Below, piece by piece: positions 1 through 14,125 of a stretch of 64,000 nt of DNA. Numbering within the stretch: position 1 is the first letter of the stretch; every line of letters starts with the position of its first letter. The notes under the pieces were generated by a model. That model was not told the origin of the DNA. It made no database searches and saw only the letters and a program-made list of their open reading frames with translations. Both the position numbers and the translations under genes were made by a program. Origin of the DNA: Mizuhopecten yessoensis (Eukaryota); NCBI RefSeq assembly GCF_002113885.1, contig NW_018407075.1, forward strand, positions 878,385-942,384. The letters run 5' to 3'.

Positions 1-834
1 AGTTACATGTATTACAAACCAGTGTCGGAGAAGAAGTACAAGCCGGTCATAAGCATAAGCATAAAGGATATTTTTTTGCCACATTGTTCTTACAGAAGAT
101 CTTACTGTGTTGCTACCAATACGCATGCTTATGTATAATTCAACTGTATCTAAAATAAGGTGTTGATGTTTCCGTTTTTAGCTCTAAAAAAATTACTAGA
201 AAGGTAGGTATAGGTTAAGTCATATATTCTACTATTTTTTGTTAGCATTAGTTATATATAGACAGCCATTAGACGTTAACAGTGCTTGTTTTAAATTAAC
301 CGTGAAAAAAACCCTGAGATAGGCTCTAATAATAGATTAGATAGGGAAAGTGGAACCTATTTGTTGTCTTGTTCTAAGGGAAGGTTCGACTGTATTCCAT
401 ATTGTAGAAATCAGTAACATTTGACCTCTGTGACCTCTACTTCTACCTACCTGTGGTTAATCATTCGAGCAGTTTATCATTCCCTAATTAAGTGTCGAAG
501 TACCACACAGACGAAATTGTCCATTAAACACCTACACTGGCCATTAGTGATTTTCACTCGTTGTTTACCAATCTAAATGACTGGGTGCCTTATCCAGAAG
601 TTAAGTGGGCGAGTACGATAATGGACTCACTGGTACGCCTACAGTAGATGTCAGTAAATATGTGACGTTATACTAACACGATCTTCCCTCGCTATCGCCC
701 AGAGTTCAGCTGGTACCTGCTTGTACATGGTAGCTGTCTACAAATGATTAGCGTCCAAATTATATTACATACATATTGAACATGTAGTCTCCATCCCCTT
801 CACCCATAGTTCATCAAACTGGAGTACTTGCTAC

Positions 835-2560
835 GGTAAATATCAGCAAATGGTAGTAAATATCAGCAAATGGTAGCGACAGTAAATATCAGCAAATGGT
901 AGCGATGGTAAATATCAGCAAATGGTAGCGAAGGTAAATATCAGCAAATGGTAGTTACGGTAAATATCAGCAAATGGTAGCGACGGTAAAAATCAGCAAA
1001 TGGTAGCGACGGTAAATATGAGCAAATGGTAACGACGGTAAATATCAGCAAATGGTAGAGAAGGTAAATATCAGCAAATGGTAGTGATGGTAAATATCAG
1101 CAAATGGGAGCGACGGTAAATATCAGCAAATGGTAGTAAAGATCAGCAAATGGTAGCGACAGTAAATATCAGCACATGGTAGCGATGGTAAATATCAGCA
1201 AATGGTAGCGACGGTTAATATCAGCAAATGGTAGCGACAGTAAATATCAGCACATGGTAGCGATGGTAAATATCAGCAAATGGCAGCGAAGGTAAATATC
1301 AGCAAATGGTAGTAAATATCAGCAATTGGTAGCGACAGTAAATATCAGCAAATTGTAGCGATGGTAAATATCAGCAAATGGTAGCGAAGGTAAATATCAT
1401 CAAATGGTAGTGACGGTAAATATCAGCAAATGGTAGTAAATATCAGCAATTGGTAGCGACAGTAAATATCAGCAAATGGTAGTAAATATCAGCAATTGGT
1501 AGCGACAGTAAATATCAGCAAATGGTAGCGACAGTAAATATCAGCACATGGTAGCGATGGTAAATATCAGCAAATGGCAGCGAAGGTAAATATCAGCAAA
1601 TGGTAGTAAATATCAGCAATTGGTAGCGACAGTAAATATCAGCAAATTGTAGCGATGGTAAATATCAGCAAATGGCAGCGAAGGTAAATATCAGCAAATG
1701 GTAGTAAATATCAGCAAATGATAGCGACAGTAAATATCAGCAAATGGTAGCGATGGTAAATATCAGAAAATGGTAGCGAAGGTAAATATCAGCAAATGTT
1801 AGTGACGGTAAATATCAGCAAATGGTAGTAAACATCAGCAAATGGTAGTGACGGTAAATATCAGCAAATGGGAGCGAAGGTAAATATCAGCAAATGGTAG
1901 TTACGGTAAATATCAGCAAATGGTAGCGACGGTTAATATCAGCAAATGGTAGCGACAGTAAATATCAGCAAACGGTAGCGATGGTAAATATCAGCAAATG
2001 GCAGCGAAGGTAAATATCAGCAAATGGTAGCGAAGGGAAATATCAGCAAATGGTAGCGACGGTAAATATCAGCAGATGGTAGCGACGGTAAATATCAGCA
2101 AATGGTGGGGACGGTAAATATCAGCAAATGGTAGCGAAGGAAAATATCAGCAAATGGTAGCGACGTTAAATATCAGCAAATAGTAGCGACGGTAAATATC
2201 AGCAAATGGGAGCGACGGTAAATATCAGCAAATGGTAACGACGGTAAATATCGTACATGGTAGCTGTCTACAAATGATTAGCGTCCAAATTATATTACAT
2301 ACATATTGAACATGTAGTCTCCATCCCCTTCGCCCAAAGTTCATCAAACTGGAGTACTTGCTACGGCAAATATCAGCAAATGGTAGTAAATATCAGCAAA
2401 TGGTACCGACAGTAAATATCAGCAAATGGTAGCGACGGGAAATATCAGCAAATGGGAGCGACGGTAAATATCAGCAAATGGTAGGGGCGGTAAATATCAG
2501 CAAATGGTAGCGAAGGGAAATATCAGCAAATGGTAGCGACGGTAAATATCAGCAAATGGT
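835..2560. repeat. 26-bp minisatellite (GGTAAATATCAGCAAATGGTAGCGAC) with 20-bp short variants
   Basis: Dozens of direct tandem copies, interrupted at 2253-2364 by a copy of the left flank 723-834. Confidence 0.95.
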
Positions 2561-2639
2561 AGATAACAGCAAACTTGCTATGGTAGATGTCAGCAGTAGA
2601 TATATAATGGTTGATAGCCAAGTTATGCTACATAGTATA

Positions 2640-3050
2640 TACCGCATATTTGAGCTAATAAGTGCATCTGCCCCTATGAACGCACCCCCAACTTTTATTT
2701 TGGAAAAGAGGATAAATGAGCTTAATCAAAACCCCTTAAAATGTTGCTTACTTTACTGATGTGCCAAAATAATCTTCAGCCTTTTGACCAAAGACTTTGT
2801 GCCCTTTTACTGCTTTATGAAGGCAATGTAAACCAATGGACCAGCATCATTTTCTGATTAAAGATTAGGCCATTTGTCTCCGTAAAGCTATTTGATTCCT
2901 CTTTTACAATTTTACACAAATGTTTTGGAGGTCAGTTTGAACACGTACGGACACGATCAGTTTGAGCAATCAGCTTGATAGGGGATTTGTTGTGTGCCCC
3001 CTCCTTGTGTTTATGTAAGCCACAGTGCGCTTATTAGGTTGAATACAGTA
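2640..3050. mobile_element. Degenerate Tc1/mariner-pogo-type MITE
   Basis: Imperfect terminal inverted repeats taccgcatatttgagctaataagtgca / tgcgcttattaggttgaatacagta with TA at both ends; related TIR pair at 21812-21994. Confidence 0.45.
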
Positions 3051-6000
3051 TATCTGTATTGAACATATAGTCTTCTTCCCCCTCTCCCAAAGTACATGTC
3101 AGCAAATCAGTTGATGTCCAAAATGTATAACATATATATTGAACATATAGTCTCCTTCACTGTCTCACCATCTTCAGGAATACATGTACAATAAAAAATA
3201 GGTAACAGCAAGGGTAGATATCAGCAAGAAATTTGCTAGACCAATTGCTAGGCTAATACCTGTTCTTTGAAGATAACAGAGGAGCGACAATCAACTTTAA
3301 TTACGCCATTATAGTGCGGCCATTATAGTGCCGTGCAATTCTTTTGATGTACATCAAAGGATCAAACTGGTCGTCTTGTATCATCCACCAGGTGGTGTAC
3401 ACTAATCCTTTGATTATCTCATGACATGTCCAATGGGTGCAGCGTAACCCCTGGAGTAATGAGGACCGTGTTGGGTATATAAAGGTATCTGTGTACTGTC
3501 CCCTACCATCAGGATTCATTGTTATGGCTCTACTAACTTAATTTCTCAACAGATTTTCATCAAAGTTTATACAAATGGTCAAGTATTATAATACCTTGAA
3601 TAAGTTTGTATTCTAGGGTCCCAAGGTCAATGTCAAGGTCGCTGTTTCTATTTGCAGGTGAACTATTGCTATTTTGTCAACAAATTGACACCGATTTCAG
3701 GGGCAGAGGCAGGGGGGGGTAGCTTTCATGTCCCTCCTTTCATGTCTTAGAGACTATTTCTAGTTAGACGGGCTATGATTGAATCTTTTAATTTTTAATT
3801 TCTCTGCCAAGTTTTCCTGTTTTGATCTAATAAAAATATGATGTCATTTTGTTGTTTAATGTATCTTTTTACAATACAACAGCTGGATGGGTAAAAGTTT
3901 TTCAAAGTTTATCAAGGGTGACGGCCCTTTCTCAGTATTTCATGTTCTATACATTGCTGAAGCTAACAGTTGGGTTGAAAATCATGATAACAATAGCTGT
4001 TAATGAAACGTAAACACAGAAGGGCGTCCAGAAAAAACTGTGTGTTTGAACTTCAAACTTCCAAAATCATGAGTATAAAAGTAGAATTAAAAGCACATGC
4101 ACATTGAAATCCATGGGTATAGCATCGAAATGAAAAACACATGCACTTTCACTTTTCAAATGTCCATAATGATTTAGACATTTAGATAATAGAGAGTTAG
4201 ATTGGTATTTAAAACAATTTTGTTGTAAGCAATATGCTTCATGCGTCATTACGAGCTCAAAATTTGCACATGGTGGTATACAGCACGCATAGAATTCACA
4301 TGTGAAAAATAAAAATCCTCAAGGCTGAAACATAACAATCAAAATGTAAGTTCCAACATAATGCGATAAGAAGGAGGATTACGTGACGGAAGATATAATC
4401 TAATAAATTAGATTTAATTCCTAAAGGTATTGTTTTCACTGAGTTTATTTGACAGGTCAAGGATTTTAAGCCCATGTCCCTGAATACTCTAGGGAAGAAA
4501 GTTATCCAAATATTAAGTGATATATACTTTTATACCATAGAGAGATAGGAACAATTGGATTATATTGAAATTAGATAATGGTATTGATTAGCAATACATG
4601 GGCAATACATATATAAATTGAGCTCTCAATTGTGTTTAATGTTTAGATAAAAAATGACTTTACAAATTTATTGACTTTAGAATTTTTCAAGTACATTTGA
4701 GATGGTATCAGTCTTCGCTTTTTACAGGATTTTCATTGAATTTCCATTTTGTATATAAATATGCGTAAAAGAGAATTATTTGTTGAAGGAAATTTCTTCT
4801 TAATTATAGCTCGTTCTGAAGGTCATTTGTTGTTATTTATTAGTTGCTGAAGGTTGTTTGAGACAGAAATTTCTTACTCCCCTTTCTTACCCTGTCATAT
4901 TCTCACAGGAATGAGAGAGAAACAAAATGTATGAGAACAAGGCCCCTTTTCGTGTATCCGGTTTAAACGGTTTGTCTGTTTTTAAATGTAACATTTTGGG
5001 AATAAATCCTGGCAGACTGGCAAAAGTTTATGCAGGACTTGCAAAGCTTTGTCAAGGTTTGCCTGGAAGCAGCATCAGATTATTAGGTCTGACCTTATTT
5101 AGTAAACACACAACACTGGTCTTATTGGTTCAACCACTCGTATCGCAATATGGCCCTTTAGGTATGTTGGATATTGTATCTGTAAAACAGTCTGCATGTT
5201 ATAGTGAAACTAACGAAAATTTGGATATACTAGTACATGTATGTAACATATATCATCTCCATTTTACCTGACTGTATAGTAAATCCCGATTAAGATTTCA
5301 CCTAAATAAAAAAAATGTTCTTAAGAACTTGCAACACATGGCATTTGATACTTGTAACACATGGTAACACTACTAAGCTACCAGTCTTACCAGTGTTAAG
5401 TGAATTTGTAGCGTTTAGCTGTGACAGCTTGATCTAATCGCCACATAACATAAAACGTACATTCCAAAAGGCATTTTGTGTTTAATGTCACAAATGTGTC
5501 AACGATTTTAGGTAATTGTCACCTCTTTGCGATTGGTCGTTACATGTAGTAATTGTTTGTAAATGTGACAATTATCTGCTTTTTGTTTGGTTGGTGTCGG
5601 AACATTTACAATTATTTTCTGAAGACCTGACTCGCATACACGCCAACGTTGTAAAGTGCTTTTTCTAGATGGTTTATTGTAAGTAGGGAACGTACTACAC
5701 AGTGCAGTAAGATGACGGTTGGTTATCATACACATAGTGTATTTTATGCGATAGCACTTTGCTTTGACTATTTTGGGAAAAGTTAGAAAAAAATAATATC
5801 ATGAATAAAATAATATTTCTTATTTAATGCAAACTTTACCTCTGAACATTTCTTTGACGAGACATCAGTCAGATTATTAGTCTATATACATTTCTATGAA
5901 GGTAATATGATTTCATATTACCTTTCTGGATCTCATATATGCAGATGACATGAGTTCATATTAACTGTTATAGGTATAAGTACGAAGTCAAGGTAGTTAA

Positions 6001-9000
6001 TAAGAGCCGATTTTACCTGTATATAACCTATGTAAATTTGTTATCATATCCACTCTACAATTGTCAGAGTTATCACCCTTGGCACAAGGTTTTATATTTA
6101 CAGACTGGAATAGCTCGTCTGTTTATATTTACTGCCTGGAGTCACAACATGGAAAATCAAAGCCAAATGATTGACCAATGAAATTCATATGATATTTCCT
6201 TTCCAGTGTGATAATAATATTCATGGTAAAAGTATGATCCCAATTATTTTTTTTCATGGAATTGGAAAATAGAATTGGAGGGAACAACCAATTTTCCATA
6301 TTAGCATGATACAACTTAATGCTTAATATTTGTATAAAATGATATGTGTACATTTAAAAATCAGTGTCTGAATAAACAAATGTTATAATTCCCTTAAATT
6401 CGGACATTGAAAATATTGTCGACTTTGTCTTCTTCGTAATAAGAGGATATTTCAGTTTGTTGATATTTCCATAAAGCGTTGCAGTAGCATACTTAGGTTG
6501 AATGGATCAAGAATATTTTCAATTGATCCACATGTGTACCGTATAATACCTGTATTACATGTAACTACTGTGGCTCAAAATAGGCACTCTTAACTGTGGT
6601 ACATTCAAGTAACTATATATGTGTAAGCTCCAGCATGTACATTCTTTGGTTAAGGATCAAAATTACATCCTTGTAAGCCTGTTGTGTAGGGAAGGGCATT
6701 CTTGTTGTTCAAGTGCTTAGCAGTTGTTCAAGTGGCCCCAAATTACCAACAGATGTACAGAATAAACGTCCAAGTGGGTCCTGTACATTTTTATGTGTCA
6801 TCCGATCACAGAAGCTGATGTAATGAGTACCGGTAACAATATCTGCTCGGTTATGAAGACCGAATAAATATTTGCACACCAGGGTCTGTTGTTAATTTTG
6901 TACGAATCTTTTAATAAACAAACTGAAAATTTTAATGAATAATTCACGTTTGAAGCGACAGTTTATCGTGTATTTTAACAATACAAATGTATATATTTTG
7001 TCTTCTGTTGTTCAGGTTTAAAAAAAGGTCGATTCTACGACTGAAAAGGAAAAGAATCATTTGGCCTTCGGTTAGGTCTGAAAACTTGAACTCTACGATC
7101 GGAAATGAAAGGCATCATTTCACCTTCAGATAGTCTGAAAATAATATCTACTGTTACCCTATAAATATATTCAAGTGTAGCCATAACGGTGTGATGTGAG
7201 ATTTTTCCAGCAGGTTTCAGATGATATTCATTAAAAGGAAACAGATTTGTTTATGGGGATTGGCTTATCTTCAAAGGCCTACTCTAGTACAATATCAGCT
7301 GTATCAGACTCGCTTTGTATGCATAGTGGAGCTGGCTTATCTTTATCCACAGCAATTGGCATCTTTTGTCATAATCAACATACAAATAAACTAGTCCTAT
7401 TGGCCGTAAAAGCCTCAAAGCATTCTATAAATTCAAAATACAAGCACTCCATGATGATGTTATCGTATTTAATCGTCTAAACTCGATCTGGAAGAGGTTT
7501 TATTACTAAAGTCAACTGTACCCATTGATATCAGGAGTAAGACTACCGGTGAAAGTTCAATTGCCGTGGAGTAGTGACGGCTATAAGGAGGGGTGTGGAA
7601 TCATATCTGATAGGCTGTTTAGACTTACGATGCTGTACTCGACAGTAATAAATACATGATGGATGGCAAAATCCCATGTTACTGTGGTTAACTATTGTGA
7701 ATTAAACCAGCGACAGGAAACGAGATCTATTTGAGCCACGTTATGACGGATACAACACAGCAACAGTGAGTGGACACGTGGGAGACGCGTTCTTTCCTTC
7801 CTGTACATCATATATACAGCCACACGTACACTTGGTATTGGCTAATGAGTTTATAGTGTAAAGTTATCTTTCTGTTTTCACTCATAAAGATCAAGGATAA
7901 TCAGATGGATTTATCGGCCATAGCATTGGTAAGTGATACTCTATATAAAGTTCCTGTTGACACAGTGGACTCCTCACAATACAGCCACTACCATTACTGA
8001 CAGGAGTCAGGCTGAGTTGTGAGATGTCGTGGATTACAGGGACAATTTTGTACAGAAAAAAGGCCAATCTGTCCCTTGTTGGATGGTATAAAATTTCAGG
8101 GCTGAATGAGTTAATACAATGTAGTATATAAGAAAACTAATGTAAGAAAAAGAAAAGGAATTCCATAGCTAAGCTTAAGCAAATAATCAGCAACAGCTTG
8201 AATCATAATAAATAACATTTCTGATTCAGAAGATTTATCCAACCCTCAAAAAAAACAAAAAAACAATTTTTTAGCCTAATTTCATGAGAAATTTAATCGA
8301 AATTTAATTAGAATTTAATTAGTGTTAGGAATTCAGTATGACAAATCAAGTCATTACATGATATGATAGTGACCTGTGTATTACAATTGGTTCTGTCTGT
8401 GAGGATTAAGTGGGCACTTCCCTTCGTTAATGTCCTGGTGCTGAGGTAACTAAAGACAGGCCGCTGGCGTTTGGATGAGGGTACTCTGATGATCGCTCTG
8501 TACTCTTAAGTTCGCTTCTGACATCAGGGTTAACGTTACTTTTACAAGATTTTCTCATTATTCAGCATGTGTTGATTGTTGTAGTTGTTTGAAATATTAT
8601 CCTGACAACTGTTGAAGTAAAAGAAAAAGTTTGATGAAAAAAAATTGGCCATTTTTCTTGGGAAAGTTTTGCTAAATTGTCTTTTTTAAGTGAATAATTT
8701 GTTATATTTACATTTGCGCTGCTACCCACTATATGAACATTACCAGCAGAAATGCGTTTCATTTGAGTATGAAAGCTAAAACTCGTGACGTAACACGTGG
8801 TTTACTTATGTCATGGATTAACCTTTTTCAATGAAAGTCTTGTCGCTTCGCTTCAGTTAACATGGAGAATGCCTCTACTTCAAACACTCAAATGACCACG
8901 GTTAATTATTGGCGCCAATTTGATTAGAATAGGGCTGTTTCGCCAATATCTTTTAAAGGACGGCGAATAAACAAAACGCAGTAAATAAATAAATTATTTA

Positions 9001-9360
9001 AGAACAAATAAATGAACTCAAATATTTGATCTATAGTAAAAATGTAAATATATGGATTGAATAGCGTTTTTAAATTTTCATGCAGATGTTTAAAAATGAA
9101 GTCCAAGCGGACTTCACGCAATATGGATGTAACCGATTTGCGTTCATACCGGCATGTAAATTTAAAAACCGCTGTTCAATCCCTATATAAAAGTACGTTC
9201 ATACATGTGAAAACTTCCATGGTAGCTGAAGTTTCATTGTAGAATGTGGCAGATACATGTGTATTGATTCCATCATAAATGTTGGAAAGATGCAATTAAG
9301 AATCCTTGTCCCACTGCCTTGTGGTTTTTTTCCTGTACACAGTTACCTCCCCTTAACTTC

Positions 9361-9553
9361 CATTTAGATATGACTGAAGCACAGTTGGTTCAGGACACTT
9401 CCATCGACCATTTAGATATGACTGAAGCACAGTTGGTTCAGGACACCTCCATTGACCATTTAGATATGACTGTAGCACAGTTGGTTCAGGACACTTCCAT
9501 TGACCATTTAGATATGACTGTAGCACAGTTGGTTCAGGACACTTCCATTGACC
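9361..9553. repeat. 48-bp tandem repeat, 4 copies
   Basis: CATTTAGATATGACTG(A/T)AGCACAGTTGGTTCAGGACACTTCCATTGAC x4; explains ORF 9319-9585. Confidence 0.95.
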
Positions 9554-9792
9554 AGGTAGCCCAGTCGTTTAGAGCGATAGTATAATAATCTGAAGTACAG
9601 GGTTCGAATTCCGGTCTAGTCCCACAAAATGTTACACTCAGAACACTGTTTTTGATTATATTTTGGTTATTTCGTCTTTATTATTCTTTTTATAAAAGTC
9701 CAGCAATGTATGGTTTTCTTTTCAAAAATGGTTTATTAACGATAAAGTCATGCCGGAAAAACAGTTTCTGGCAGTGGTACGGGGATCCTTAA
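9551..9792 (-). mobile_element. Partial TTAA-type MITE containing a tRNA-like segment (same family as 23680-24049, reverse orientation)
   Basis: tRNA-like A box tagcccagtcgttt and B box ggttcgaattcc at 9551-9622; end cagtggtacggggatccttaa matches the left TIR of 23680. Confidence 0.6.
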
Positions 9793-10114
9793 ATCCTGAA
9801 ACATTCCGCTGGAGGTTTGAGAGCAGAGCACGAAAAGACAACACATCTATACTGAACTCTAGTGTACTTAGAATTATTAAAACAATCGGTACGTACCGAC
9901 ATATTCCTGATGTTGACTAACATTTCACGCGAACCACAGGAGATTAATCGTAATCAATAAAACATGGATTAACAGATCCTTGTCGGAATACATGTAACAA
10001 TAATAACCAACGATATGTTTGTCTGCTGCGAATGAAAATTGTTTCATCTACAGGAAAATTGTGGGTACAGTTTATAGTGTCTGATAAATTGGTAACGCCG
10101 ACTCACGCCAGATN

Positions 10115-10415
10115 CCCTGTGTAGTCAGTGTAATACAATTCAGCCCCCTGCCCCTGTGTAATCAGTGTTATACAATTCAGCCCCCCCCCTTCGTAATCAG
10201 TGTTATACAATTCAGCCCCCACCCCGTGTAATCAGTGTAATACAATTCAGCCCCCACCCTGTGTAGTCATTTATATACAATTCAGCCCCCTGTCCCTGTG
10301 TAGTCAGTTATATACAATTCAGCCCCCTGTCCCTGTGTAGTCAGTGTTATACAATTCAGCCCCTGTCCCTGTGTAGTCAGTGTTATACAATTCAGCCCCC
10401 TGTCCCTGTGTAGTC
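10115..10415. repeat. Fragment of 37-bp satellite bounded by single N bases
   Basis: Same unit as 11105-13430; N at 10114 and 10416. Confidence 0.85.
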
Positions 10416-11104
10416 NTCCCAGCAAGTGCTTGTTATAATATGTCAATTGTCGACTGCTCCAAGGGAAGATCTCTCAGGCTGGCTCGTACGGAGTTGGTCT
10501 ATAATAACGAGCATGGAACCCATGATCAGGAAATGTCCGACCAATATTTCTACATCTGTGTGTCTAGACAAGTCTGTTTCCTGTGTCAATGTGATGTAAT
10601 TTGACTGGAGATATCTTTGGAGGGTCCTGCTCCTTTGTTTTGGAGTGTATCTTTTATCTTTTATTTCACAAGAGTTTCACTTTCATTTGCAAGAAGAATG
10701 ATGAAGTGATGAGTAATATTGATTCTGCATGTTGTCATTTCTTAGTTTGTAAGTTCAGAATAGTGCTTAAAAGTTGTTTTAATCATAGTGATTTACAGGA
10801 TATGGAGATTTATTTTTTCTAATACCTACCCTTTGGTATTGGTGTTGAGCATTCCACTTTGAGTAAGGGTTCTGTAAGGGTTCTGTCCCTTAAAATCAGT
10901 ATTTTGTAGCTCCCTGCAGCAGGTTTTCTGTTGTGGTCTTACAAAAGAGGTGGTCTCTCAATTCAGGGTCTTCCAAGCGTTTAGAATAATTCTTATCATA
11001 AAATTGAACTGTCCGCACATGTTTATTAAAGTTTTATACAGTATAATTGAGTGTAGTACACACATATTTCTAAACAGTAAAAGGAAAATGTATATATATA
11101 ACGT

Positions 11105-13972
11105 TTTACAATTCAGCCCTCTGTCCCTGTGTAGTCAGTGTTATACAATTCAGCCTTCTGTCCCTGAGTAGTCAGTGTTATACAATTCAGCCCTCTGTCC
11201 CAGTGTAATCAGTGTTATACAATTCAGCCCTCTGTCCCTGTTTAGTCGGTGTTATACAATTCAGCCCTCTGTCCCTGTGTTATCAGTGTTATACAATTCA
11301 GCTCTCTGTCCCGGTGTAGTCGGTGTTAAAACAATTCAGCCCTCTGTCCCTGTGTAGTCAGTGTTATAAAATTCAGCCCCCTGTCCCTGTGTAGTCGGTG
11401 TTATACATTTCAGCCCCCTGTCCCTGTGTAGTCAGTGTTATTCAATTCAGCTCTCTGACCTTGTGTAGTCAATGTTAAAGCAATTCAGCCCTCTGTCCCT
11501 GTAAAGTCAGTTTTATACAGTTCAGCCCCCTTGCCCTGTGTAGTCAGTGTTATACATTTCAGCCCCCTGTCCCTGTGTAGTCAGTGTTATTCAATTCAGC
11601 TCTCTGACCTTGTGTAGTCAATGTTAAAGCAATTCAGCCCTCTGTCCCTGTAAAGTCAGTTTTATACAATTCAGCCCCCTTGCCCTGTGTAGTCAGTGTT
11701 ATACATTTCAGCTCCCTGTCCCTGTGTTATTGAAGACTTACAGATGGTTCCCCCTGTCCCTGTGTTATTGGAGACTTACAGATGGTTCCCCCTGTCCCTG
11801 TGTTATCGGAGACTTACAGATGGTTCCCCCTGTCCCTGTCCCCCTGTCCCTGTGTAGTCGGTGTTATACATTTCAGCCCCATGTCCCTGTGTAGTCAGTG
11901 TTATACAATTCAGCTCTCTGTCCCTGTGTAGTCAGTGTTATACAATTCAGCTCCCTGTCCCTGTGTAGTCAGTGTTTAACAATTCAGCCCTCTGTCCCTG
12001 TGAAGTCAGTGTTATACAATTCAGCCCTCTGTCCCAGTGTAATCAGTGTTATACAATTCAGCCCTCTGTCCCTATGTAGACAGTGTTATACAATTCAGCT
12101 CTCTGTCCCCGTGTAGTTGGTGTTATACAATTCAGCCCTCTGTCCCTGTGGAATCAGTGTTATACAATTCAGCTCTCTGTCCCTGTGTAGTCGGTGTTAT
12201 ACAATTCAGCCCCCTGTCCCTCTGTAGTCGGTGTTATACAATTCAGCCCCCTGGCCCTGTGTAGTCAGGGTTATACAATTCAGCCCCCTGTCCCTGTGTT
12301 ATCAGTGTTATACAATTCAGCTCTCTGTCCCGGTGTAGTCGGTGTTAAAACAATTCAGCCCTCTGTCCCTGTGTAGTCGGTGTTATACCATTCAGCTCTC
12401 TGTCCCTGTGTAGTCAGTGTTATACAATTCAGCTCTCTGTCCCTGTGTAGTCGGTGTTAAACCAATTCAGCCCCCTGTCCCTGTGTAGTCAGTGTTAGAC
12501 AATTCAGCCCCCTGTCCCTGTGTTATCAGTGTTATACAATTCAGCTCTCTGTCCCTGTGTAGTCGGTGTTATACAATTCAGCCCTCTGTCCCTGTGGAAT
12601 CAGTGTTATACAATTCAGCTCTCTGTCCAGTGTAATCCGTGTTATACAATTCAGCTCTCTGTCCCTGTGTAGTCAGTGTTATACAATTCAGCTCTCTGTC
12701 CCTGTGTAGTCAGTGTTATACAATTCAGCTCCCTGTCCCTGTGTAGTCAATGTTATACAATTCAGCCCTCTGTCCCTGGGTAGTCGGGGTTAAGACAATT
12801 CAGCCCTCTGTCCCTGGGTAGTCAGTGTTATACAATTCAGCCCCCTGTCCCTGGGTGGTCAATGTTATACAATTCAGCCCTCTGTCCCTGGGTAGTCGGG
12901 GTTAAGACAATTCAGCCCTCTGTCCCTGGGTAGTCAGTGTTATACAATTCAGCCCCCTGTCCCTGGGTGGTCAATGTTATACAATTCAGCCCTCTGTCCC
13001 TGGGTAGTCGGGGTTAAGACAATTCAGCCCTCTGTCCCTGTGTAGTCAGTGTAATACAATTCAGCCCCCTGTCCCTGTGTAGTCGGTGTTATACAATTCA
13101 GCCCTCTGTCCCTGTGTAGCCGGTGTTATACAATTCAGCCCCCTGTCCCTGTGTTATCAGTGTTATACAATTCAGCTCTCTGTCCCTGTGTAGTCGGTGT
13201 TATACAATTCAGCCCTCTGTCCCTGTGTAGTCAGTGTTATACAATTCAGCCCTCTGTCCCTGTGTAATCAGTGTTATACAATTCAGCTCTCTGACCTTGT
13301 GTAGTCAATGTTAAAGCAATTCAGCCCTCTGTCCCTGTAAAGTCAGTTTTATACAGTTCAGCCCCCTTGCCCTGTGTAGTCAGTGTTATACATTTCAGCC
13401 CCCTGTCCCTGTGAAGTCAGTGATATTCATTTCATCCCCCTGTCCCTGTGTTATTGGAGACTTACAGATGATTCCCCCTGTCCCTGTGTTATTGGAGACT
13501 TGCAGATGGTTCCCCATGTCCCTGTGTTATTGGAGACTTACAGATGGTTCCCCCTGTCCCTGTGTTATTGGAGACTTATAGATGATTCCCCCTGTCCCTG
13601 TGTTATTGGAGACTTATTGATGATTCCCCCTGTCCCTGTGTTATTGGAGACTTATAGATTGTTCCCCCTGTCCCTGTGTTATTGAAGACTTACAGATGGT
13701 TCCCCCTGTCCCTCTGTTATCGGAGACTTACAGATGGTTCCCCCTGTCCCTGTGTTATTGGAGACTTATAGATGGTTCTCCCTGCCCCTGTGTTATTGGA
13801 GACTTATAGATGGTTCCCCCTGTCCCTGTGTTATTGGAGACTTGTAGATGGTTCCCCCTGTCCCTGTGTAGTCGGTGATATACAATTCATCCCCATGTCC
13901 CTGTGTTATTGGAGACTTATAGATGGTTCCCCCTGTCCCTGTGTTATTGGAGATTTATAGATGGTTCCCCCT
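11105..13972. repeat. Satellite of a 37-bp unit (TACAATTCAGCCCTCTGTCCCTGTGTAGTCAGTGTTA) with blocks of a related 38-bp unit (CCCCCTGTCCCTGTGTTATTGGAGACTTACAGATGGTT)
   Basis: Direct tandem copies; 38-bp blocks at about 11715-11830 and 13435-13972. Confidence 0.95.
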
Positions 13973-14125
13973 TGGACTTATCAGTAAACAAGTAGGGCCT
14001 TCCTGTCCTGTAACAACATGATAATGAAACAACTACAAGTGTCATCAGCATGCTACACCTTAAACTTTAAGGAAGCTAGGACCGGTGTTTCTGCTTTTAA
14101 GGATCCTTGTGTCAAGGGGAATGTG

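Noticed and set aside
7905-7928. Coding first exon MDLSAIAL for TNFAIP8
   Set aside because: Ends in phase 0 whereas the main exon needs phase 1; it could only be a UTR exon
9551-9622. Functional tRNA gene
   Set aside because: Anticodon and acceptor stems are mismatched and it is embedded in a repeat family
10417-11000. Possible retroelement fragment between satellite blocks
   Set aside because: No recognisable RT or endonuclease motif in any frame I read, and it is adjacent to an assembly N
10380-13960. Cys/Pro-rich ORFs
   Set aside because: Translations of 37- and 38-bp satellite units whose lengths are not multiples of three
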